A DNA stretch of 64,000 bases. Origin: an uncultured Gemmatimonadaceae bacterium (GTDB taxonomy: Bacteria > Gemmatimonadota > Gemmatimonadetes > Gemmatimonadales > Gemmatimonadaceae). Positions 43,926 to 52,009 of the stretch are shown in pieces. The stretch spans positions 1 to 64,000 of the forward strand of contig CAWAGQ010000002.1 in the NCBI GenBank assembly GCA_963781585.1. The letters run 5' to 3'. Position 1 is the first letter of the stretch; each line of letters opens with the position of its first letter. The notes beneath the pieces are model-generated. The model saw only the letters and a list, made by a program, of their open reading frames with translations, did not search any database and had not been told where the DNA came from. A program made the position numbers and the translations under genes.

Positions 43926-44152
43926 GCCTGCAGGTCGGCTCCCAACCCTTCGTCCGCGAGGTGCTGCTCGTCCGCGGCGTCCAGTTTCGCACATTCGGCG
44001 GCTAGTCGACGCCGATCCAGCCGTGCCAACATGTCGGTCACCGCAGCTTCGATTGCCCGGCTGCGATTCCGGAACTGTGCCGAGCGCACCAGCCGGTCGA
44101 GCCGTTGGAGGGTGTTGGCGTCGAGTGTGACGGCGACTTTGGCTTTCGGCAT
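43910..44152 (-). CDS. Ribbon-helix-helix antitoxin
   Basis: KVAVTLD...LDRLV....NRSRAIEAAV; overlaps the toxin start. Confidence 0.85.
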   Translation of the reverse strand: MPKAKVAVTLDANTLQRLDRLVRSAQFRNRSRAIEAAVTDMLARLDRRRLAAECAKLDAADEQHLADEGLGADLQAWPKY

Positions 44153-44161
44153 CAGCACCTG

Positions 44162-44174
44162 ATCATAGTATGAT
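44162..44174. promoter_or_regulatory. Palindromic operator upstream of the RHH-MazF operon
   Basis: ATCATA-G-TATGAT about 10 bp before the antitoxin start. Confidence 0.55.
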
Positions 44175-44311
44175 GTCTCTCCATACTCGTCCGGATGGCC
44201 GCGCTCAACTCGTGGGTGGTCATGCCACTGGTCGGGCGCTGATGTGCGCTGTAACGTCGAAGGGGATCATCATGACCCCCGCCCGACGATGCTGTCATGC
44301 GTGCCAAATGT

Positions 44312-45092
44312 ATGATTTCGGCGAGCGCTGCCGTGACAGCAATGCTTCTGGCCCATGCGGCAGGCGCGCAGAGTCGGCAGCCTGGTTGGGCGCGTCACGT
44401 CGGACTCGCTCGGTGGCGGCGGCATTTCGGCCGAAATCACCGCGCCGGCGCTTCACGCCGTCGCGCACACGGACTCGCGGGGGACCTACCGCCTCACTGG
44501 ACTCGAGCCGGGACGGTATCTGGTCGAGGCACGGGCCGTCGGATTCAAGACCGCGGCGGACAGTGTGGACATTCCTCGGTCACGTGAGGCGGGGCACGAC
44601 TTCGTCCTCACCAGGCTCGTCCCCGTGCTCCCCCCGGTCGTGACGACGAGTCCGGAAGTCAGGTACCTGTCGCCGGGGCTGCGGGGCTTCGAGGCGCGAC
44701 GCCATCACGGCTTCGGACACTTCATTGCCGAGGACATGCTTCGGAAGCATGACGATGACAGTCTGTCTGATCTGCTGAGCACGCGAATCCCGGGGGTCTT
44801 GATAGCCCGTGCAGGTCAGAACGCCGCGTATGTCTCGTCGAGCCGGAAGTCGGAGGGCGGCATCCGGGCCTTCGGCAGCGGTAGCCGGCCAATTCCCTGC
44901 TATACCACGATCTACCTGGACGGTGCGCTCTTCTACGACGCGACGCTTTCCGTGCAGCCACCGCCCGACATCAACCAGTTCACTGTCCATCAGTTGGGCG
45001 GGGTCGAGTTCTACGCAGGTTCGGCCACCACGGCCGAAGGGTTCAGGGTTTCGCCGTGCGGGACGCTCTTGCTGTGGACGCGCGAGCGGTAG
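44312..45092 (+). CDS. CarboxypepD_reg plus TonB-plug protein (gene B, complete copy), frameshift near 44375
   Basis: Signal peptide in one frame, then GRYLVEARAVGF, GFEARR and CYTTIYLDG...VEFY...CGTLLLWTR. Confidence 0.8.
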
Positions 45093-45151
45093 TGCCGGCT
45101 GCGCGACCCGAATGGTATCGGATCTCGGCGGCCGGGGGCGAGCCGGTACGA

Positions 45152-45206
45152 CTTAATGAACTCTTAATCCTCGCGTAATGGTCTGATCGGCCTGGGGCCG
45201 CATCTT
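45152..45206 (+). promoter_or_regulatory. Second triple CTTAAT/CTTAAT/CGTAAT box plus -10-like CATCTT
   Basis: Boxes at 45152, 45163 and 45174; flanks homologous to 30079-30142. Confidence 0.7.
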
Positions 45207-45329
45207 GGAGCCGGGTTCACGGCGGCGGTGGCGGGACTCTGGCCGGAACGGCTTTGTGCGAGCTCAACGCATCAGGTCGGACAGCCGGGTCATCCCGACG
45301 CACGGGTATGGCAGCCCTGGGAGGATACC

Positions 45330-46190
45330 ATGGCGATGCACGAGCGGACTGTCCGTTGGCTGGTCGCATGCTTCGGCGGCCTAACGATTCTCCCGATGGC
45401 GGCTGCCGCGCAAACCGGCGGCACGCGCGTCCTCTCGGGAGTCGCGGCCGACACGTCCGGCAACCGCGTGCCATACGTCACGGTCTGGTTCGCCGGGACG
45501 CGCCGAACGGTCAGTGACGATTCGGGACGGTTCCGTGTGGAGCTGCCGCGGGAGGCCGGAGTCACCGTGCAGCTGCGCCGGCTGGGTTTCGCCCCGACCG
45601 ATGTTCGCCTCGAGTTCGGCGGCGACACCGCGATGACGATCACGCTGGTACCGGTGGCGGCGAAACTGGCGGCGCTGCGCGTGCAGGCGGAACAGCAGGT
45701 GCTCAGTCTCGAGCTGCACGGGTTCTACGAGCGAATGGCCGAGCAGGAGAAGTGGGGCGGGTCGGGACAGTTCGTCACGCCGGAGGAGATCGAATTCCGC
45801 AAATCGCCGCGAACCACGCAGTTGCTGGACGGCCGGCACGGAGTGGCGCTCAAGGGTGTGGGAAGCTGCAACGTCCAGGTGCAGTGCTTCGTCCCGTTAG
45901 GCACGAACAACTGCATCATGCAGATATACCTCAATGGACAACGCCTGATGCCGACCGGAGGCGCGCGCGCCACCGCCACGGGCGGTATGGTGGCGACGGC
46001 GTTCAGGGCCCTGTCGGGCCAGGCGGCCGTAGCGGGTGGACTGGGTCCGGGCAACGTGGTCTTTCTCGATGATTTCGTGCATCCCTCGGAGCTCGCCGGT
46101 ATCGAGATCTATCAACGGGCGGTTCAGGCACCGCCGCAATACCAGATGCTGAATGGCAATTGCGGTGTGATTCTGGTGTGGACCAAATGA
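45330..46190 (+). CDS. CarboxypepD_reg plus TonB-plug protein (gene C)
   Basis: RBS GGAGG, signal peptide, SDDSGRF, RRLGF, GFYERM and CIMQIYLNG...IEIY...CGVILVWTK. Confidence 0.85.
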   Translation: MAMHERTVRWLVACFGGLTILPMAAAAQTGGTRVLSGVAADTSGNRVPYVTVWFAGTRRTVSDDSGRFRVELPREAGVTVQLRRLGFAPTDVRLEFGGDTAMTITLVPVAAKLAALRVQAEQQVLSLELHGFYERMAEQEKWGGSGQFVTPEEIEFRKSPRTTQLLDGRHGVALKGVGSCNVQVQCFVPLGTNNCIMQIYLNGQRLMPTGGARATATGGMVATAFRALSGQAAVAGGLGPGNVVFLDDFVHPSELAGIEIYQRAVQAPPQYQMLNGNCGVILVWTK

Positions 46191-46276
46191 GAGCCGCGTT
46201 TCCGCTCATCGTCCAAGGACTGGGCGGGGCGGCGTAGGGTCCTGTCGGGGCGCTCGTTCATACTGCGTGCTGTCGC

Positions 46277-46323
46277 GCCGCCACCGCGAACGCCAGAGAG
46301 TACCGCCGCAACCCGTCCGCTGA
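46277..46323 (-). repeat. Near-identical copy of the 3' part of the 49383-49781 gene
   Basis: gccgccaccgcgaa(c/t)gccaga(g/a)agtaccgccgcaacccgtccgctga matches about 49460-49505. Confidence 0.8.
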
Positions 46324-46524
46324 CTCCCACGGGAGACGCAAGAGATCGGATACGCTTGGCACCGGGAAGCGGTACGTCGCAGAGTGTCAGGGAGCGGCTT
46401 CCACGCTTGCGCGACCGCCTCGTCGTCATGCAGGTGAGGTATCGATGTCCACGTCATCGTCGTCGCGGTCAGTGCCTGACACGGGCTCAGCCGGGGGGGG
46501 CACCGCGATTCGCCGGCGCAGCAG

Positions 46525-47301
46525 GTGCACCGGGTGCCTGAGATCCTCGTGGACCTGGAAGCGCGCCCGCTGTGGAACGAGATCGTGGAGGGATTGGGCG
46601 CGATCACGGCGCGATTCATCGACGTGGCCGCAGCAGTACGCAAGGTCGATTCCGGCGAGGTTCGTGCTGCCGCTCTCGTCCTGTTGGGCGACCGCACCGC
46701 GGACGGTGCGCCGAGCGAGCTGACGGCGCGCCGGCTGCGGACGCTGAACGTACACGTGCCCGTGTTGGTCGCCGTGGTCAACGTTCGGATGCGCGACGTT
46801 CCGGTGAAGGCCTACGCCCGCGCCGGCGTCGATGCCCTCTTCCTGATGGACCTTCCGTTCGAACGTCAGGAACTCGGGAAGGACCTGCGCGCGCGACTCA
46901 TGCTTCCCGTCCCTGCACGCCTGCTCGATGCCTTCGGACGACTCCTCAGGCCGGGCGTCGGCAGGACCATCGGGTGCTGGTGCATGCGCAATGCTACGCG
47001 GACGTGTCCCGTGCGTCGCGTGGTCGACTACTTCCGAATCGATGAGAAGCGGCTGGATAAGGAGGTGGAGGCCCTCGGCCTTCCCCCGGTGGGGACGCCT
47101 CTCAGGCTCGGGTGTCACCATCGTGCGCTCGAGCTGGAAGCGAGCGGCGCGCTCTCAATGGAAGGGATTGCGGAGCAACTGGGTTTTCCCGACGCCAAGC
47201 CGCTGGCAGCGATGCGGCGGCACCTGCGAGGGTCACCACGTCTGGCGGCAGTCGCGTCGCCCATTCGGGAGCTTCTGATGATGGGGTTGGAGGAAGTGTA
47301 G
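46525..47301 (+). CDS. Receiver-like AraC-family regulator (module copy 3)
   Basis: RAGVDALF motif and C-terminal SMEGIAEQLGFPDAKPL HTH; homologous to the 9683 and 33100 regulators. Confidence 0.75.
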   Translation: MHRVPEILVDLEARPLWNEIVEGLGAITARFIDVAAAVRKVDSGEVRAAALVLLGDRTADGAPSELTARRLRTLNVHVPVLVAVVNVRMRDVPVKAYARAGVDALFLMDLPFERQELGKDLRARLMLPVPARLLDAFGRLLRPGVGRTIGCWCMRNATRTCPVRRVVDYFRIDEKRLDKEVEALGLPPVGTPLRLGCHHRALELEASGALSMEGIAEQLGFPDAKPLAAMRRHLRGSPRLAAVASPIRELLMMGLEEV

Positions 47302-47384
47302 GGGCCATCGCAGGGTGCGGTGTAGCATTTCCGGGATGTGACGACAACGTGGCGCCACGGGACCGGTGACCTCCACGCGCTCCA

Positions 47385-47428
47385 ATATTCTCCAGAAAGT
47401 TGGGGCATTCGCCAGAAAGTGACGTGGT
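47385..47428 (+). promoter_or_regulatory. Putative AraC-type direct-repeat operator (CCAGAAAGT x2, 20-bp period)
   Basis: CCAGAAAGT at 47392 and 47412. Confidence 0.7.
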
Positions 47429-47548
47429 GTGCTGGGGACTGCCAGTCGTAACATGTCACAACATGATGTTATCCGTGAACTCTTGAACGGCATGGAGGAG
47501 TATCATGTCGCAGCATCCCGTGCTCGTGCGCGCTGCGTTAGTGGTATC

Positions 47549-48691
47549 ATGAGTCCAGTTCTACGGCGTCACGGTCCGCCGCGCGACCGTCCGATCCGTT
47601 TCGTTCACGCCCTCGTTCTCGGCGGCTTGCTGTGCGCCAGCCGTCCCCTGCGGGGCCAGGACGTGCGGCTGCCGGAGCGTGGCACCTGCTCTCGATGCCG
47701 AGTCGTGCTGGAGCGGATGGGCACGCTCGGTACGGACACGCTGGACGGGTACCTCACGAACTATCCCATCTGGGCGGCCATGGATGGCGAGGGGCGCGTG
47801 TACGTCACGCTGCAGCCGCCTGGTGATCTTGTGCTCGCCTTCGATTCGCTGGGGAAATTTCTTGGACGTGTTGGCAAGAAAGGTCAGGGTCCGGGCGAGT
47901 TCGCCTTCCCGGTCCTGGTGCTTCCGCGGGCCGACAACTCACTACTCATCTACGATTTCAACGGCTCGAAGCTCTCCACGCTCACGCGCGATTGGAAGTT
48001 CGTCAGCATGGTGCGCCAGACCGCAGCCCCGCTGGGCGTTCTGGCGGACGGTCGGAGGCTGGTCAACAACCCCGCGATTGATCGAGATCTCGTCGGATAT
48101 CCACTGCATCTCGTCGACAGCACGGGCAAGACCGTGGCGTCGTTCGGCGCCGACTCAGGTCGCTTCGAACAAGCAGATCGCTGGAAGCTGACGCGGACGG
48201 TGTCGGTGGGACTGCGTGGCACAATCTGGTCGGCCTATTTCGATCGGTATCGGATCGATGAGTGGTCCCCGGACCTTGACCGCCTGCGCGTCTTTCGGCG
48301 GGCTGTCAGCTGGATGCCAATTGTTGCAGCGCTCTCCGACGGCGGCCTCGGCGAAAGACCGTCGGCACGGGTCGTCGCCCTTCGAGAGGATGAGTTGCAC
48401 AGGCTCTGGATTTTCTCCCGAGTCCCGAGCGAAGAGTGGCGAGCTGCGCTCGGCCCCCCGGTTGCAGCCGGCCGTCGAACAACCTACCCGCAGCTGGACG
48501 AAGGACGACTCTTCGATACGATGATCGACGTGATCGACTTGCGGACCAATCACCTGCTCGTAACACAGCGCGTGCGGGAACACATCAGGTTCTCCCTCGA
48601 CACGCGACACGTCGCGTCGTATCGCGAGGATGAAAAGGGCACTCCACTGCTCGTGCTGTGGAGAGTGTCGCTGGTCGGCGTTCAACGATAG
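47549..48691 (+). CDS. Secreted 6-bladed beta-propeller protein
   Basis: Signal peptide, CSRC, GKKGQGPGEF, VGYPLHL, SFGAD and FDTMIDVID motifs. Confidence 0.8.
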   Translation: MSPVLRRHGPPRDRPIRFVHALVLGGLLCASRPLRGQDVRLPERGTCSRCRVVLERMGTLGTDTLDGYLTNYPIWAAMDGEGRVYVTLQPPGDLVLAFDSLGKFLGRVGKKGQGPGEFAFPVLVLPRADNSLLIYDFNGSKLSTLTRDWKFVSMVRQTAAPLGVLADGRRLVNNPAIDRDLVGYPLHLVDSTGKTVASFGADSGRFEQADRWKLTRTVSVGLRGTIWSAYFDRYRIDEWSPDLDRLRVFRRAVSWMPIVAALSDGGLGERPSARVVALREDELHRLWIFSRVPSEEWRAALGPPVAAGRRTTYPQLDEGRLFDTMIDVIDLRTNHLLVTQRVREHIRFSLDTRHVASYREDEKGTPLLVLWRVSLVGVQR

Positions 48692-48700
48692 GGAGGAACT

Positions 48701-49222
48701 ATGCAGATGCAGATGCATGTTCTCCGCGGAATGATGCTGTGCGGCGTGCTATTCGTGTCAGCCGCCGGCGCGTGATGGCCGCCATCCTCAAATCCTGCTC
48801 GGTGGTCATCAGGGCCCGCGGCCGGTGACCTTTCCGTCATCGCAGTGTCTCGACCCGCGCTCACAGGTTGCTTCGGCTGCTTCCCGGGTGGCTATGGGGA
48901 TCCCGTGATCTGCTCGTCCGGCCAGCATTTCGATCAGACAGGCACCTCCGAATTCTGGCGGGACAACATGGACGCCGGCTGCGTGTGGACGGAGTGTCGT
49001 GATGTTCACAACAGCTGCAACGTCACGCTCGCTCCCGTGATCGATGCCGTGAAGAGTGCGATTGCCGAGAATGACTTCGCGGAAGTCCGGGCGCTGATGA
49101 AGGACGATCCGCACATCGAGTACAATGCGAGACGCTCCGCCATTCAGGTGATCGGATGCGACTCAACTGTGCTCCTGCATGTCCCGCTGAGCAGAGCGAA
49201 ACGAACGAGCCTTCTCCATTGA
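48701..49222 (+). CDS. Secreted Cys-rich protein (paralogue of 12038) with in-frame TGA at 48773-48775
   Basis: RBS GGAGG, 24-aa signal peptide, TGA, then the same frame continues to a 6-Cys core and the conserved C-terminal domain. Confidence 0.7.
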
Positions 49223-49382
49223 CGCGTTGGCCTGCAGCAACCGTCGTAATAAGGTTGCCGACAGATCGCAGCTTCCAGGCCGGTTCAGCAGCGTAACGGC
49301 ACGAGGCGGAGGAGCGTGCCGGTCCACCAGTACGCTCTTCCGTCCCGGCCTGCAGGGCACATGCAGCGGTGACAGTCAACCG

Positions 49383-49781
49383 TCAGGGTCCCGTCCGCAG
49401 ATCGAGGCCAACAACCTTGTTTGCCTGGGCTGATCCATCGTGCTCGACTTCCCGCCTTGCCGCCACCGCGAATGCCAGAAAGTACCGCCGCAACCCGTCC
49501 GCTGAATCCGGCGGTACTTCCGGATCGAAGAACAGCCGGCAGAACTCCTCGCGCGCCCGCAACACCTCACGACGCCGCGGACCCCTCCACCGCTCGTCAC
49601 CCGCGGTGAAGTCGAACAACTCGAGCGCCCTGGCCAGCGCGTGATCGAATCGACTCCGGTTCCCGGACTCCCACGCGCGGATCGACCGCTCCACCTCGCT
49701 CCCCACGTGGGCCATCTGCTCCACGATCGAAAGCGTGCGCCACCGCGCCGCTCGCTCCGCCTGACGAGTCGTCTCCGTCAT
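49383..49781 (-). CDS. Conserved helical hypothetical protein coupled to DUF5674
   Basis: ATGA overlap; WRTLSIVEQMAHVGSEVER...ALELFD...EVLRAREEF. Confidence 0.65.
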   Translation of the reverse strand: MTETTRQAERAARWRTLSIVEQMAHVGSEVERSIRAWESGNRSRFDHALARALELFDFTAGDERWRGPRRREVLRAREEFCRLFFDPEVPPDSADGLRRYFLAFAVAARREVEHDGSAQANKVVGLDLRTGP

Positions 49782-50137
49782 GCGTCGCTCACGAGACGTG
49801 ACACGGTATTCCGGACACGCTCGCGCAGCGCGGCATCTTGCACACTCCGGCTCCGATTCCGATCCGCCGGCCGCACGTTGATCATCGAGTCGAACTCGAT
49901 CCACCCCTCGCCGTGCTCATCCGGGTACAGATTGATTCCCCACAGGGATGCCTGTCGCGACCCGTCATCCAGCAGCGCCGCTTCCTCATCCGAATGCAGC
50001 TCCCCTCCGGCCGCCATGACGTCCCGGTCGATATCCACGACGGCCTTCACCATGTCCCCGAACTGACGCTCCGCCATGGTACGGAGCTCCGCACGGGTGA
50101 GCGGACTGCGGACGAGGATGATGTCGGGACGTTCCAT
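49778..50137 (-). CDS. DUF5674-family protein
   Basis: MVKAVVDI, GGELHSDEEAALL, LWGINLYP and EFDSMINVRP..NRSR motifs. Confidence 0.75.
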   Translation of the reverse strand: MERPDIILVRSPLTRAELRTMAERQFGDMVKAVVDIDRDVMAAGGELHSDEEAALLDDGSRQASLWGINLYPDEHGEGWIEFDSMINVRPADRNRSRSVQDAALRERVRNTVSRLVSDA

Positions 50138-50562
50138 GAGGCAGGGCTACTGTCGGGGTGCCACGGACCGGGGCGCGCAAACTTGCCTCCGTCCCTGGTG
50201 CCGCTCAAGTGCACAGGCCAGCACATCGAGCCCGGAGAGCCGCGACGTCATCAGGTCAGGCAAGCACGTCAGCAGCGCGGTGACCCGCTCTCGAGCACCG
50301 CCGCCCACGTCGCGAGCGGTCGACGGCTCGAGTCCCACGTTGAGTCCCAGGAACGGGCTGGCCAGGAGGCCCACGTACGACGGTGCTGAGGCGCATGGGG
50401 ATTGCCGCGAGTGTGTCCAGAGGGGTACCCTCGCCATTCGTCGTGCAATCCAACGGATGATTCTGAAGCGGTGCGCGCGGCGCGATTCGGGCACCCTTCA
50501 TGTGACGGCGCCGACGGTCACCCCCGTCGTTTCGGCCATCCATCACTATTACCTCGGAGCGC

Positions 50563-51687
50563 ATGATGTCCGCTGCAGCCCGCCACACCCTGCGAATAAC
50601 GCCGATGGTCCTGGCTGCACTGGCGCTCACGGTAACCGCGGTGCCGGCGCAGGAGATGATCATCGCTGATCGTGTCACATGCGCTCGCTGCTCCATTGAG
50701 CTGAACCTTCGGTTGACTCTCAACACGACCGGTACCGGAGGAACCACGGGCGTTCCGCTGCAAGTGGTTCCGTTGAGTGATGGCCGACGTGTGGTCCGGC
50801 TCGCCGGGCAGCTTCCGACTGTCCTGTCCAGCAATGGCCGCGACCTTCGTGAAATCGGTCGCCGCGGCGCGGGCCCCGGGGAATTTCAGGAAGTGGCAGA
50901 TGTAGCGCGACTGCCTGGCGATTCGCTGCTGCTGCTGGATTCCGACCTGAGTCGTGCATCGGTGCTGGGGCCTGACGGCATGTTCGTGCGGTCGGTGACA
51001 CTGCCGTTCTACACCTCCGGCGTCGCTGTTCTGGACTGGCCCCGCAATGTCGTCGTGAATGGAATGAGCCATACCCCTGATGCGGTTGGCTGGCCTCTTC
51101 ACTTGATGGACTTCTCCACTTCGCCGGCTCGCCTCCGGTCATCCTTCGGAGACAACCAGGCGGAACTCCGCGCCGGGCAGGACTTCACTCTAATCCGACG
51201 CTTTTTCGCCGTATCCGGTACGTCCTTCTGGACTCACCAAATCACGAGTTATCAACTCAGCCGATACTCCGCAGACGGACGAATCCAAGGGACGATTCGT
51301 CGTCAACCAGAATGGTTCGCCCGCGAGTCGCCGTGGACCGTAGGCGGTCCGACCATGGCTCCTCCGCCATTCCTTCAGGCGGCGGCTGTACGGAATGACA
51401 CACTCTGGGTTGCCGCCGCTATCCCGCGGCCCGACTGGCAGAGGGTATGGCACTCCGACCGAATCGCAGGGAAACGAGAGCTGACGCGCGCCGAAAGGCC
51501 TGATCTGGTCGAACTCTACAAGACCCGACTCGAAGTGATCGAGTTGCGCAGGGGCGCCCTGGTCGCCCAGCGGGATGTGGACGGACTCGTCGTCACGATT
51601 GATAACCGACTGGGCGCAACGCTGTACACGCTGAACCGCGAGCTGGAGCCCAAGGTCCAGGTGTTCGATCTTCAACTCAAGCGATGA
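50563..51687 (+). CDS. Secreted 6-bladed beta-propeller protein (orphan copy)
   Basis: Signal peptide, CARC, GRRGAGPGEF, VGWPLHL, SFG and YKTRLEVIE motifs. Confidence 0.8.
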   Translation: MMSAAARHTLRITPMVLAALALTVTAVPAQEMIIADRVTCARCSIELNLRLTLNTTGTGGTTGVPLQVVPLSDGRRVVRLAGQLPTVLSSNGRDLREIGRRGAGPGEFQEVADVARLPGDSLLLLDSDLSRASVLGPDGMFVRSVTLPFYTSGVAVLDWPRNVVVNGMSHTPDAVGWPLHLMDFSTSPARLRSSFGDNQAELRAGQDFTLIRRFFAVSGTSFWTHQITSYQLSRYSADGRIQGTIRRQPEWFARESPWTVGGPTMAPPPFLQAAAVRNDTLWVAAAIPRPDWQRVWHSDRIAGKRELTRAERPDLVELYKTRLEVIELRRGALVAQRDVDGLVVTIDNRLGATLYTLNRELEPKVQVFDLQLKR

Positions 51688-51872
51688 GGGCTGAGGCTCT
51701 GGCGGCAGCCGTTTGCCCGCGCGAACGGCCCGCCCTGCGCGACTTGTGGCGTATGAAACTGCCCCGACGTCCGCAAGCTGGCGCGTGTCGATCGACAACC
51801 AACGCCAGGCGCAGGCGCGTCCCGTAGTCAGCGCCCGCCGCGAATCCTCGCCGAACGCCAGAAAGGAGCGCG

Positions 51873-51900
51873 GTAGCCCCTCCCCTGACGCAGGGGCTGC
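51873..51900. terminator. GC-rich hairpin between the propeller and peptidase genes
   Basis: GTAGCCCCT...AGGGGCTGC inverted repeat; no U-tract. Confidence 0.3.
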
Positions 51901-52009
51901 TGCCCCACGGACGCCCGGATGGCCATCCGCTGACCCGCTTTGCGTCACCGTGGCGGTTCCGCCCGTCCGCCCGGTAGCTTAACGGCGCACCACGGAACCC
52001 TGGACAGCC

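Noticed and set aside
40645..44310. Integron cassette array explanation for the TA cluster
   Set aside because: No integrase and no paired RYYYAAC...GTTRRRY attC structures were seen between the modules. The GTTAGGC motifs elsewhere are mostly intragenic and unpaired.
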